Shown: piece after piece, positions 21,541-31,385 of the stretch
Layout: each line of letters opens with the position of its first letter
Position numbering within the stretch: the first letter of the stretch is position 1
IMG/VR virus record: IMGVR_UViG_3300028115_001726
Location: 8,671 to 72,670 of that record
DNA length: 64,000 bases
Direction: 5' to 3' (one strand)
Origin: a virus
Translations under genes and position numbers: made by a program
The notes under the pieces: model-generated
Told to the model about the DNA's origin: nothing
Databases searched by the model: none
Seen by the model: the letters and a program-made list of their open reading frames with translations, nothing else

Positions 21541-22489
21541 AATTACACCTATGTCAGAACCCTATGCTTGTCTTACTTGGCAAGTAAATAATTTTTGTAA
21601 TTTTCAGTGTACCTATTGTAATCCTGGAAACTGGGCAGGTGATAATCGCAACAATGGCAATTTGGATTTGTATATAGATAATACAATGAAAATTTTTAAC
21701 ACTTACAAGCAGCGTGGATACAAACATTTTAAAGTATTTTTTAGTGGTGGAGAACCTACGCATTGGGAAAACTTTATACCTTTAGTTAAACATCTAAAAG
21801 AAAAAATTCCTAATATTACTGTTGCTGTAAACACTAATTTGTCACGTCCTTTAAAATATTGGAAAGAACACTATCATTTGTTTGACGATATTGTTGCTAG
21901 TTTTCATGTTGAGTTTTGTAAAAAAGATCGCTATATAGAAAACGCAAAATTTTTATGCGATAAAGTTGATTACCTTTGTACAAAAATGTTAATGCATGAT
22001 GATCGGTTTTGGGAAGTAGTTGAATTTGGCAAACGTGTCAGACAAGAAGTTCCGAATTATAATTTAGAATGGACACCGTTATTTGACGAAATGAGTGTAA
22101 ATGCTGGACCGTGGCAATACAAAGATCCAATAAAACAAAATTTTCTCGAAAACGCAGAATTTGAAACTGTACAACGTATAGATAAACCATATAGAGAAAA
22201 CTACGCTGTAAGCATGGCACATTACGATACTGGCATTGAACCTGTAAACAGTAATAAAATAATAGCTGCTAGACAAAACTTTTTTAAAGGATGGAAATGT
22301 CAAGTAGACGATGCGTTGTTTATTAATCCACGTGGAGACATAAGTGGAGCAAGTTGCGGAGTCGGACAAACACATGGTAATATTACTAATAAAAACTTGA
22401 CATTTGATCTAAAACCTGTTATATGTAACAAAGATCACTGCCATTGCGGCACAGATATTATTATACCTAAGGAGCCTATGCGTGTATAA
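21524..22489 (+). CDS. Radical SAM enzyme, C-terminal Cys-rich module (class B)
   Basis: CNFQCTYC, SGGEPT; C-terminal FKGWKC...ASC...CNKDHCHC. Confidence 0.9.
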   Translation: MSTLLKITPMSEPYACLTWQVNNFCNFQCTYCNPGNWAGDNRNNGNLDLYIDNTMKIFNTYKQRGYKHFKVFFSGGEPTHWENFIPLVKHLKEKIPNITVAVNTNLSRPLKYWKEHYHLFDDIVASFHVEFCKKDRYIENAKFLCDKVDYLCTKMLMHDDRFWEVVEFGKRVRQEVPNYNLEWTPLFDEMSVNAGPWQYKDPIKQNFLENAEFETVQRIDKPYRENYAVSMAHYDTGIEPVNSNKIIAARQNFFKGWKCQVDDALFINPRGDISGASCGVGQTHGNITNKNLTFDLKPVICNKDHCHCGTDIIIPKEPMRV

Positions 22490-23213
22490 ACATGTTTTTA
22501 TAAATGGTTGTAGTCATAGTGCTGGAAGCGAATTAGAAGGCAGCGGCATTGGCGAAGGTACCTATAATAGAGATAATTGTTTTGGCGCACAAATTGCTAG
22601 TAAATTAAATGCTACATGGACAAATTGCGCATATCCTGGAGCCAGCAATGATTACATTGCTAGGACAACTTTGTACTGGTTATTAGAAAACAAAGAACTT
22701 GCTAAAGATACATTGTTTTTAATACATTGGACAGGTACAGATAGAACAGAATATTTTTATGAAAAGAGCAAAACTACAGCATACGATTTTATAAAGTTTG
22801 CTCCAGATACAAATGTAACACATTTACATCCTCAGCATTATCCTGATTGGGCACCTAAGCAATGGAGGAAAAATCTTGATGTATTAGGCAACCATCTTTT
22901 TATAAATCCTGTTCAATGGAATATTAATAGGTATAATAACATTATTCAAACGCAAGAATTATTAAAAGCATATAATTTAAAATACATTTTTAGAAATGCT
23001 TTTCAATGTTGTGAAACCACACCGAGGTATACATATTATATAAACAAAATTGATAAAGATAATTTTTTAGATTTTGATAATGCTGAAGAAAGTTTTTGGG
23101 AACACTGCTTATCGCAAGGATTTGACACTGTAGGACAACAATATTGGCATCATAGATTACCAGCGCATACTTACTGGGCTAATAAAATTTGTTCGTCTAG
23201 TTTAGCATTATAA
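22482..23213 (+). CDS. SGNH/GDSL-like hydrolase or acyltransferase (GCS variant)
   Basis: VFINGCSHSAG block I, NCAYPGASN block II, C-terminal His (YWHH). Confidence 0.6.
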   Translation: MYKHVFINGCSHSAGSELEGSGIGEGTYNRDNCFGAQIASKLNATWTNCAYPGASNDYIARTTLYWLLENKELAKDTLFLIHWTGTDRTEYFYEKSKTTAYDFIKFAPDTNVTHLHPQHYPDWAPKQWRKNLDVLGNHLFINPVQWNINRYNNIIQTQELLKAYNLKYIFRNAFQCCETTPRYTYYINKIDKDNFLDFDNAEESFWEHCLSQGFDTVGQQYWHHRLPAHTYWANKICSSSLAL

Positions 23214-24514
23214 TCGGTAAACCATTCTGATACAGTTTGTACTCTATTATAATTGTGTTCTAAAATAGGAATCATTGACCTGTACATTTTTCTAAGTTCG
23301 TCAATACTAAAATTGTTAATATAATTAATTGTATCACATACTGCTACTAATCTGTCACTTGTACACAAAATACTATCATACTCTTCAGGCCAATAATCGC
23401 CAAAAGTTTTAAATCCTAATTCTTGTAAGTAGGATAATGTACCTGGTGCGCCTACCATTACAATTGGGCGAAATGCTTTTAGAGCATTTAATGTTTTTTC
23501 ACTTATATTTGACCATGGTTGTGTAACTCTTGTTTCATTAACTATTGCGCAAAAAGATTTTGTGTATATTCTTTCAGGATCCTGTGTACGCCTTCGATTG
23601 ACCATACCCGATGTATTGTAATCTGGATCTGGTTGTGTTATATTACATGCTTTAGGATGTCTAACTTCAAAATGTAGTGGCACTTGCTCTTGTAACTTTG
23701 TATTGCCATCTAAAAGCATTTTCGACATATTTGGATGTTTTTCTTTAAAAGTATTCCAATCAAACCACATATTGTTTACCATATCCTCGTTAGATAATTT
23801 ATGGTAGAAACTTACATTGTTAGTTTTTGTAATATCGTTTGCTGCTAAAAAAGCAGTCATGAAATGTCTTGTTGGGTCGTATCTCCAAGCGCCACTGAAA
23901 AACTTTTGAGAAATTTTCTTAGGATTTATAACAGGATATATATCGCCAGGTTCCATACCAGCTCTATTATAATCTTCTTGCATTAAAAATCTACTACTAA
24001 ACCAGCTTACAAATAAATCTGTACTTTTAAATTTAATATTTTTATAAATTTTACTGTAGTGTTTCCAACTTAAATGATCAGTACAATGTACATGTAAGTC
24101 AATATTATGTTTTTTTGCCCAGCTATCAAGTGAGTCAAGTTCGTAACATCTAATAGTTTCTGTTAGCTCGACTTGATTATCATATCGTAGAATATGCGGT
24201 TCAAGTCTTCCATGATTATTTGGTATGTAATGTGTTAGCACTTCAAAAAAGTAAAAATTTATTTTTTGTGTTTTTAAAATTTCGTTATGAATAGGACTTA
24301 AAAACAATCTATCTAAATTTGGAATAGTATGTGTGCCATTGTAAATAATTGTTGGTTCTGGATGTTTTTTTAAAAAACTTTCATTTACTAAGTCCATTAA
24401 TCCTTCAATCTCTTTTATTTGAGATAGAGGTGTTTTAGAACCATCTTTTCTGATAAGCTCTGGCAGTAAGTTGTTTCGAGGCATAAAATATAAGCAATTA
24501 AACCAGTTATACAA
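23171..24514 (-). CDS. Glycosyltransferase-like protein (GT10/fucosyltransferase-like C-terminus)
   Basis: IVNET...ISEKTLNALKAFRPIVMVG...LQELGFKTF..YD; TTG start with GGAG SD. Confidence 0.5.
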   Translation of the reverse strand: MYNWFNCLYFMPRNNLLPELIRKDGSKTPLSQIKEIEGLMDLVNESFLKKHPEPTIIYNGTHTIPNLDRLFLSPIHNEILKTQKINFYFFEVLTHYIPNNHGRLEPHILRYDNQVELTETIRCYELDSLDSWAKKHNIDLHVHCTDHLSWKHYSKIYKNIKFKSTDLFVSWFSSRFLMQEDYNRAGMEPGDIYPVINPKKISQKFFSGAWRYDPTRHFMTAFLAANDITKTNNVSFYHKLSNEDMVNNMWFDWNTFKEKHPNMSKMLLDGNTKLQEQVPLHFEVRHPKACNITQPDPDYNTSGMVNRRRTQDPERIYTKSFCAIVNETRVTQPWSNISEKTLNALKAFRPIVMVGAPGTLSYLQELGFKTFGDYWPEEYDSILCTSDRLVAVCDTINYINNFSIDELRKMYRSMIPILEHNYNRVQTVSEWFTDYNAKLDEQILLAQ

Positions 24515-24534
24515 TTTGGTACTCCATGGATGGT

Positions 24535-24556
24535 TAAATATATACGCATATATTTA
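24535..24556. promoter_or_regulatory. Perfect inverted repeat carrying two opposed TAAATA late boxes
   Basis: TAAATATAT-ACGC-ATATATTTA between divergent genes 24514(-) and 24569(+). Confidence 0.65.
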
Positions 24557-24568
24557 TTGTAAAACAAA

Positions 24569-25360
24569 ATGGATCAACTTACTTTTAATACAAATTTTCC
24601 TCTTCTAATCGATCTAGAGCATGTCAACGGTGATTATGAATGGTATAGTACCGATGACGAAAATGCTTATAGATTTAACAGGAAAAAGATGGGGCATACA
24701 TGGAGATATGCTACTGAAAAAATTAATTATAAATTTAATTCTTTAGGTTATAGAACAAAAGAAATATCAGACTTAGATAAAAATTTTATGTTAGCATTTG
24801 GATGTAGTTTTACTGAAGGAGTTGGAATATCAGAGGATGATATCTGGACTAGGCATGTAGCAGAGTATTGCGGTTTAGATCTATTTAATGCTAGTAAACA
24901 GGCAAGTTCGTCTCTTGTGCCTTTTCAAAATTCTATAATGTGGAAAGCAAATAAATTACCAATACCAAAATTAGTTGTATGTCAATGGCCTCAAAAAACA
25001 AGACGTTTATTTGGCGATACACACAATCAATTTTTTATTACGTTAAATGATAGAAGCGAAACAAAAACACTTGATGGTAAATGGTGGGGCAGAAGGTACT
25101 TAGATGATGTTGGAGACATGAATCTAACAGTACAAGGACATTACGAAGGATTAAACGCTGTGTGGCAAGCACTTGGTGTGCCTGTGCTAAATTTTTGTTG
25201 GGAACAAAATTGGTTAGAAGTACCTTTATATACAAAGATGCATCATATACATTCAGCAGTAGGTAGTTTTGGTGCTAGAGATTGTGGCCACGATGGTCCT
25301 GAATTCCATTTATCAACAGCAGAACAACTTAACGATATTTTATCCTCTTACGAGATCTAA
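24569..25360 (+). CDS. SGNH-like protein (GCS variant)
   Basis: MLAFGCSFTEGVG; C-terminal ARDCGHDGP (DxxH). Confidence 0.6.
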   Translation: MDQLTFNTNFPLLIDLEHVNGDYEWYSTDDENAYRFNRKKMGHTWRYATEKINYKFNSLGYRTKEISDLDKNFMLAFGCSFTEGVGISEDDIWTRHVAEYCGLDLFNASKQASSSLVPFQNSIMWKANKLPIPKLVVCQWPQKTRRLFGDTHNQFFITLNDRSETKTLDGKWWGRRYLDDVGDMNLTVQGHYEGLNAVWQALGVPVLNFCWEQNWLEVPLYTKMHHIHSAVGSFGARDCGHDGPEFHLSTAEQLNDILSSYEI

Positions 25361-26341
25361 TGTACAGCAATGAAAACAGCCGCCTAGCGTTCTAGCATGG
25401 CGAAGTGGTAGCATAGCACATTCAATACCGTGTGCTTCTAGTGCCTTACGTGTTGGCTCTTGATGTTCTTCTAATACAACTAAGTTTGGATTTACACTGA
25501 ACAAGTTTACGTTCCAAGTCCAAATACTACTGTTACACAATCCTGGATAGTGTCCAGCGTCTACAGCATCAGGTGCCCAAATTACATCCCATTTGTTAAA
25601 AGGATCAGGTAGAACGTCCATACTTTTTATTCTGCTAGGATTAGCAAGTAATAATCCTTCACGCAAAAACGCAATAGTGCTATCGATATGCATATAGCTG
25701 TATACATCTTCAAGACGATGAACACGTATATTACCTGGTTCAGAAAAACTGTTTTCAGGTTTGTTTATCCAAGTTTGTAAATAAGCAGCACCTGCTTTGT
25801 TACCACTATTGCTTACCAAATACAAAATATCGTCGTTAGCTCTAATAGCATTAGCAGCGTCAAAACAAGGTGCTACTTCAGTGAGGGCAAGGCGATCTGG
25901 ATCTCCAACGCATGATTCGTCATACAATCCTGTTCTGTCGATGCCGTGTCCTATTTCAATAGGACTAACACCAGGCAGTAGATGTCGCCATTCTGTTTCT
26001 CTTGCTGCGAGGGCCATTGGAGCAGCAAAAGCTCTGTTGCCATGAACAAATACAGTATCACGTGGGCAATAGTTGTAGTATTCAACTTCTTCTGTACGCT
26101 TAGGTCTTACTACTTCAACACTCTCGCCTTCTAAAAACTTTACAAAAGTTTCAAGATCTTCGTTTGATTCTTCTACAACTTGATCAGGATATAAGCCAGC
26201 CTTTACATCACTTACATCCTGTCTGTCTGCGTAATTGATTACACGCAAACTTTCGTCCATCTCGGGAATGCGGCAATAGTCAGCAACTCCGACACAAACC
26301 TTTTTCAACGTATCCCATTCGTTTGTACTATAAATATTCAT
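25340..26341 (-). CDS. Amidinotransferase (AGAT / StrB1-like superfamily)
   Basis: NEWDTLKKVCVG, YCPRD, FDAAN (Asp), MHIDST (His), GGCFHCCTLD (Cys): complete Cys-His-Asp triad. Confidence 0.9.
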   Translation of the reverse strand: MNIYSTNEWDTLKKVCVGVADYCRIPEMDESLRVINYADRQDVSDVKAGLYPDQVVEESNEDLETFVKFLEGESVEVVRPKRTEEVEYYNYCPRDTVFVHGNRAFAAPMALAARETEWRHLLPGVSPIEIGHGIDRTGLYDESCVGDPDRLALTEVAPCFDAANAIRANDDILYLVSNSGNKAGAAYLQTWINKPENSFSEPGNIRVHRLEDVYSYMHIDSTIAFLREGLLLANPSRIKSMDVLPDPFNKWDVIWAPDAVDAGHYPGLCNSSIWTWNVNLFSVNPNLVVLEEHQEPTRKALEAHGIECAMLPLRHARTLGGCFHCCTLDLVRG

Positions 26342-26379
26342 AACGTATTTACAAAATTAAATGCGTACTTAATTATAAT
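26342..26379. promoter_or_regulatory. Divergent leaderless late promoters with central palindrome
   Basis: Minus strand TAAATA-N4-ATG(26341); plus strand TAATTA-N4-ATG(26380); TTA-AA-TGCGTA-CT-TAA at 26357-26372. Confidence 0.6.
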
Positions 26380-27468
26380 ATGGATAAATTTATATTTGAC
26401 AAAGTATTTGATGGCGTGTACTATTGGTTTGTTTGGGCACAGATAGACGGTAAACATCTTAGAAGAAAAATAGCCGAACCAGAAGTTAAAAAATTAATGA
26501 TAATGGGCTTTGAAGAATATGAAGTAATGTCTGTGTATGGAAATAGACAAGACTGGGACGATTTTTTAAAATATGCTGCCGAATGTAATGTAGAAGTATT
26601 TTTAATTAGACCTGCTTATTTAGACACCGAATTAAATTACAGGCATTACATTACCGAAGGCAAAAATTTAATACAATATATGCATTATTTTGGAGCAGCA
26701 GCATTACATACTTACATTAATAGCAAATATACAGTAATACAACCCAAAGTTTTTAAGAAAACATTTACAAGTCTAAATAATAAAGGTCATATACATAGGT
26801 GTATTTTCTTTGATGAAATGTATAAACAAAATCAACGACACAAAGGTTTTGTTTCATGGGGTGCTAACGATATCAATTGGGACTATAAATGGAAATACTT
26901 TGATACACCTAACATTCCACAAAAACTTGATTGGGAGTCAGTTGATGATCCAAGAAATGACATATTATTTCCTCCAAAACAATTTGGTAGTAGTTTATGG
27001 AGTGTAGTATGTGAAAGCAATACAGAATGTATATTTACAACAGAAAAAACATACATTCCAATTTTACATAAGCGTCCTTTTGTAACCTATGCTGTTCCAA
27101 ATTTTAACAAAGCACTTGAAAATTTAGGATTTAAACTGTTTGACGAATATATTGATTATAGTTTTGATAGCATAGACAACGATAGAAAACGTGCTGAAGA
27201 ATTTTGGAAACAGATAAACAAATTACATGATTTAGATCATGCTAAAGTAAAAGAAGAATTACAAGAAAAAATTGATTACAATTTTAATTGGCTTTGTACT
27301 ATGTGTTTAAATCCTCAAAACCATTTGCCAAAAGAATTTTTAGACATGGTCGAAAATGTTGAGCATTTACATATGCAAGAAGTATATAACCCTCGTATAT
27401 TCATAGACAGAACAAAATTTAATGAATGGTGTGTAAGACACAATTTTAATTTTAAGGAAATAAAATGA
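26380..27468 (+). CDS. Glycosyltransferase-like protein (GT10-like C-terminus)
   Basis: VVCES...FTTEKTYIPILHKRPFV...LENLGFKLF...YSFD; paralog of 23171..24514 and 29806..30792. Confidence 0.5.
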   Translation: MDKFIFDKVFDGVYYWFVWAQIDGKHLRRKIAEPEVKKLMIMGFEEYEVMSVYGNRQDWDDFLKYAAECNVEVFLIRPAYLDTELNYRHYITEGKNLIQYMHYFGAAALHTYINSKYTVIQPKVFKKTFTSLNNKGHIHRCIFFDEMYKQNQRHKGFVSWGANDINWDYKWKYFDTPNIPQKLDWESVDDPRNDILFPPKQFGSSLWSVVCESNTECIFTTEKTYIPILHKRPFVTYAVPNFNKALENLGFKLFDEYIDYSFDSIDNDRKRAEEFWKQINKLHDLDHAKVKEELQEKIDYNFNWLCTMCLNPQNHLPKEFLDMVENVEHLHMQEVYNPRIFIDRTKFNEWCVRHNFNFKEIK

Positions 27469-28280
27469 GATTATTTGCGTTTGGTTGTAGTTTTACAAAT
27501 TATGCTTGGCCTACATGGGCTACTATTATGGCGTATGATTTACAAATACCTATATACAATTTTGCTATAGCAGGCTTAGGCAATAGAGGTATTATGAATC
27601 GTATAGTTGAAGCTGATGCTAAATTTAACATTCAACCTGAAGATAAAATTGTAATACTTTGGTCAAGTTTTGAACGTTGGGATCATATACACGATGGAGA
27701 ATATCAAGCGGTTGGTAGTATTTTTGCTCACGGTAGAGAAATGAAATGGCTTCAAGATAGATGGAATTATCCAGAAGATTTAGTTTTCAATTATAGTGAA
27801 ATTATTACAGTTAACCGTGCTTGGAAAGACAATATTTTTTGGCAAGGTATGGCATTTGATCCACACATAGGCGACGGCGGAGCATATATTAAATCTTTAG
27901 ATTTATTAGCTGGTAAAAAGTTTGAAGAATTATACAAAGATAAATTACCCAAGTTGCCTATTTGTATTGAGTTTGATGAAAAAGGTAATGCTTGGAATGG
28001 GTTGTTAGACGATTTACATCCTGATGTAATAGGACACATGAATCTTTTAGAAAAATACATGTACAGCGATTTAGATTTACAATTACGTCCAGAAACAAAA
28101 GTTATTTTTCAAGAACTACATGTTGATTTAGAAAAAGAATACCGTAAACCAGAAAATGTAAATAATCTTGTTGGCGATACTGTAGGAAATGCCACTCTTA
28201 GATGTCTAAGAGCAAAATATAAAGCAAACATTTACCCATATGTAGGTAGCTGGTCTCTATCAGATAACATTGTGTATTAG
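27465..28280 (+). CDS. SGNH-like protein (GCS variant)
   Basis: RLFAFGCSFT, NFAIAGLGN, DDLHP. Confidence 0.65.
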   Translation: MRLFAFGCSFTNYAWPTWATIMAYDLQIPIYNFAIAGLGNRGIMNRIVEADAKFNIQPEDKIVILWSSFERWDHIHDGEYQAVGSIFAHGREMKWLQDRWNYPEDLVFNYSEIITVNRAWKDNIFWQGMAFDPHIGDGGAYIKSLDLLAGKKFEELYKDKLPKLPICIEFDEKGNAWNGLLDDLHPDVIGHMNLLEKYMYSDLDLQLRPETKVIFQELHVDLEKEYRKPENVNNLVGDTVGNATLRCLRAKYKANIYPYVGSWSLSDNIVY

Positions 28281-28847
28281 ATTATAAATGTTTGGATAAT
28301 CTTTGTATGTCCAAAGTTTTGGTTTTGATTTGATAGCATCAGGCAATTTGTCTAATCCTAGTTGTGCTGTTTCTGGAGTCATGTAATAATGATATCCGGC
28401 ACTGTGAATATCTTGTTCTGCCCATGGAGCATTACGATGTCTGCCATCGTATCCCAATTTTATTAAATCATCTCTTTCTTGCTTGCTACTTAAAAGTATA
28501 GCACCACCCCTACCTAAACTCAAATGTTTTTTAAATTGAAAACTTAAACACATATAACTGTTGACAATATAACTGTTTCGTCTCCATAACACAGCAGCAT
28601 CGTATATGTTTTGACTTAGATAATAATATTCTTCCCATCGAGTGTTTGCCCATGATACAGTAGCACCTACTTTTTTTGCTGTCATAGGTACACTTAGATA
28701 TGTTTGCTTTGGCACAGATACATTTTTTACTTCCTTGTATCTTAGAATTAATTCGATAGCATGAGTACAGCAGTCAGTGCTTACAGCATATGGAGCACCA
28801 AAAAATTCTGCTATTTCTTTTTCAAACTTATCTACCGTATCAAACAT
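28260..28847 (-). CDS. Short DegT/DnrJ/EryC1/StrS-family PLP aminotransferase
   Basis: FGAPYAVSTDCCTHA, YDAAV, CLSFQFKKHLSLGRGGAI. Start reassigned to ATG 28847 (TAAATA-N4-ATG), giving 195 aa. Confidence 0.8.
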   Translation of the reverse strand: MFDTVDKFEKEIAEFFGAPYAVSTDCCTHAIELILRYKEVKNVSVPKQTYLSVPMTAKKVGATVSWANTRWEEYYYLSQNIYDAAVLWRRNSYIVNSYMCLSFQFKKHLSLGRGGAILLSSKQERDDLIKLGYDGRHRNAPWAEQDIHSAGYHYYMTPETAQLGLDKLPDAIKSKPKLWTYKDYPNIYNLIHNVI

Positions 28848-28915
28848 AATGTATTTAACCACCAGATCTAATAAGTACATGGTTAATGGATCGTAAATAC
28901 TGTAAGGAGTTCTAC
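28848..28915. promoter_or_regulatory. Divergent late promoter region
   Basis: Minus strand TAAATA (28852-28857) lies N4 from ATG; plus strand TAAATA (28894-28899) is followed by AAGGAG SD; TTAACCA...TGGTTAA inverted repeat at 28855-28886. Confidence 0.6.
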
Positions 28916-29827
28916 ATGAAAATATTATTAACTGGATCAAGCGGATTTATTGGACAGCATTTGTTACCTAGATTACAAGCAATTGGAGAAGTTCACGAAT
29001 TAAAAACAGACTTGACACATCACACTGGTATTCAACAAGAAGTAAAAGAAGTAAATCCTGATATTGTAGTTCATTTAGCAGCAAGGACAGAAGTTCAAAA
29101 AAGTTTTTACGAACAAGTAAGTTTTAGTGAAGTAAATTATGTAGGAACAGTAAATCTTATCGAAGCATGTAGACAACTAAGTACATTACCTTATTTTGTA
29201 TTCGCAAGTACAATGGAAGTTTATGGCTGGCAACCCATTTCAGATGAAGTAGAACAAACCGGAACTTATAAAGAAAGCGTTGCTTTTGATGAATATACGC
29301 AGCCTAATCCAAATGCTCCTTATGCTGTTGCCAAGTATGGTTGTGAAAAATATTTAGAATATGCTGGTAGAGCATACGGTTTGCCTTGGGCTAGTTTTAG
29401 ACAGACTAATAGTTACGGACGCAAAGACAATGACTTTTTCGTTACTGAACAAATTATTTCTCAAATGATAAAAGGTGATACTTGTAATTTAGGTTATGCT
29501 GAACCTTATAGAAACTTTATTTACATTAGTGACTTGCTAGATGCGTGGATGGCTGTAATTGAAAATAGAGATGCGTGTAAAGGCAACTTCTATACTATTG
29601 GACCAGATGATCCACGTAAGATTAAAGATTGTGCTCATTATATCCAACAGCAATTAGGGTGGAATGGAACTATAAACTGGGATACAAAAGATCCACGACA
29701 CGGAGAAATTTGGTGGCTTAATAGTAATCATAATCTTCTTACAAGTAAAACTGGGTGGAAACCCAAAGTATCTTACGAAGAAGGTGTTGAAAGGACTATA
29801 CACCATTGGAAATCAATTCTAACATAA
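28916..29827 (+). CDS. NAD-dependent NDP-sugar epimerase/dehydratase (extended SDR)
   Basis: ILLTGSSGFIG, VHLAA, ASTMEVYG, PYAVAK (YxxxK); start at ATG 28916 after AAGGAG. Confidence 0.9.
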   Translation: MKILLTGSSGFIGQHLLPRLQAIGEVHELKTDLTHHTGIQQEVKEVNPDIVVHLAARTEVQKSFYEQVSFSEVNYVGTVNLIEACRQLSTLPYFVFASTMEVYGWQPISDEVEQTGTYKESVAFDEYTQPNPNAPYAVAKYGCEKYLEYAGRAYGLPWASFRQTNSYGRKDNDFFVTEQIISQMIKGDTCNLGYAEPYRNFIYISDLLDAWMAVIENRDACKGNFYTIGPDDPRKIKDCAHYIQQQLGWNGTINWDTKDPRHGEIWWLNSNHNLLTSKTGWKPKVSYEEGVERTIHHWKSILT

Positions 29828-30792
29828 ACTATAGTAATAAGGCTCATAATAGATATACAGATCCATTTGGATTACCTTACAAGTCTTTTCAACACTGGCA
29901 GGAAAATCCTGTTGGAAAATATTTTTTTATAAAATATTTTAGAGATCGCGATGACGAAGAGATTATAAAAAATGTAAAAGAAAATGAAAATGTTTTTTAT
30001 ATTTTACATGATAACTTAGAAGGTTATGCCAAACGCAGATTTAAAAAAATAGATGCGTTTGTTAATGAAAATAATTTACACAACAAAGTTTATTTTTCTA
30101 CTAGTTTAAAAAGCACAGCAGAAGAATATGAAGATTGGCTACAACAATATAAGTTGCCAAAAGTTTTTACTGCTTTTTATTATCCCGAGTGGTATCATAG
30201 AGTATACGATAATCTTATAGACTATAGATTAAAAAAGTTTTCATATCGAAAAGATATGTATTTTTGTTGTTTGAATAACAGACATCATGAACATAGAGTT
30301 TTACTAATACAAGATTTACAAAATAATGAAATATTAGATAAAGGACTTGTAAGTAGCGACTTTCATAAAATATCTATTGACGGAATAGGTTCAAGGCCAA
30401 ATGATTATAATCCTTTAATATATGCTAAGTCTTTAATAAATGTTGTAACTGAAACATATTATAGACAAGAATGGAATAATACTGGCAATTTGTTTTTTAG
30501 CGAAAAAATATGGAAGCCTATAGTTTGTAAACAAGCATTTATCATTGTAGGACCTAAGCATTCTTTAAAATATTTGAAAGAACTTGGATTTAGAACTTTT
30601 GATAAAATTTGGGACGAAAGTTATGACAATGAAGACTATAAAAAAAGACTTTACATGGCAGCCAATTCGTTGTATAATACAATTAATAATTATTCTATAG
30701 AAGAACTTAATCAAGCCACGTTAGAAATTAGAAAACATAATTTTCAACACTTTAAAAAAATTAGACAAGAAATGATTAAAACATGTTGGTAG
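29806..30792 (+). CDS. Glycosyltransferase-like protein (GT10-like C-terminus)
   Basis: INVVTET...FSEKIWKPIVCKQAFIIVG...LKELGFRTF...DESYD. Confidence 0.5.
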   Translation: MEINSNINYSNKAHNRYTDPFGLPYKSFQHWQENPVGKYFFIKYFRDRDDEEIIKNVKENENVFYILHDNLEGYAKRRFKKIDAFVNENNLHNKVYFSTSLKSTAEEYEDWLQQYKLPKVFTAFYYPEWYHRVYDNLIDYRLKKFSYRKDMYFCCLNNRHHEHRVLLIQDLQNNEILDKGLVSSDFHKISIDGIGSRPNDYNPLIYAKSLINVVTETYYRQEWNNTGNLFFSEKIWKPIVCKQAFIIVGPKHSLKYLKELGFRTFDKIWDESYDNEDYKKRLYMAANSLYNTINNYSIEELNQATLEIRKHNFQHFKKIRQEMIKTCW

Positions 30793-31385
30793 ACTTAGAC
30801 GATGTAGCATTTTGGATGGATGCTGTGCGAAACAACGAAAATCATTTCGGTGTGTTAGAAAGTTTTTGGAAAGGACAACTTAAAAGCAAAGTGTGGCTTG
30901 TAGAGCATCTACATAATTCTCATTGGCGTCAAGAGAACATTGTAATCTTTGGCGGTTGGAACGGTGTATTATCTAGTTTGTTGTTTAACAGTAAATTAGA
31001 CATAAATGACATACGTAGTGTTGATATAGATCCGAGTTGTGAAGAAGTTGCTAACATGATTTGTAAGAGGCAAGAAATTGAAGGCAAATTTAATGCTATT
31101 ACTTGCGATATGTGTACATACGAATATGAATTTACTCCTGATCTTGTAATAAACACTAGTACAGAACATATAACACAAGAACAATATGAAACATGGTTAG
31201 AACGTGTTCCAAAAACAAGTGCTATTGCTATACAAAATAACAATTATAAAAGTATTGCTGATCATATTCGTTGTTATGATTCATTAGAAGAATTCAAAAT
31301 GTCCAGTGGTTTACAAAAGATATATACAGAGGATACTCTTAAATTACCATTGTATGATAGATATCTTTTGATTGGGCGCAAATGA
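30783..31385 (+). CDS. Class I SAM-dependent methyltransferase-like protein
   Basis: IVIFGGWNG motif I, SVDID acidic motif II, DLVINTSTEH; paralog of 47711..48610. Confidence 0.65.
   Translation: MLVDLDDVAFWMDAVRNNENHFGVLESFWKGQLKSKVWLVEHLHNSHWRQENIVIFGGWNGVLSSLLFNSKLDINDIRSVDIDPSCEEVANMICKRQEIEGKFNAITCDMCTYEYEFTPDLVINTSTEHITQEQYETWLERVPKTSAIAIQNNNYKSIADHIRCYDSLEEFKMSSGLQKIYTEDTLKLPLYDRYLLIGRK

Noticed and set aside
28848-28940. Longer N-termini given in the ORF track for the DegT (28940) and SDR (28886) genes; likewise 41744, 46381, 53043 and 56867
   Set aside because: Promoter or SD placement, overlap coupling and paralog alignment favour the downstream starts.
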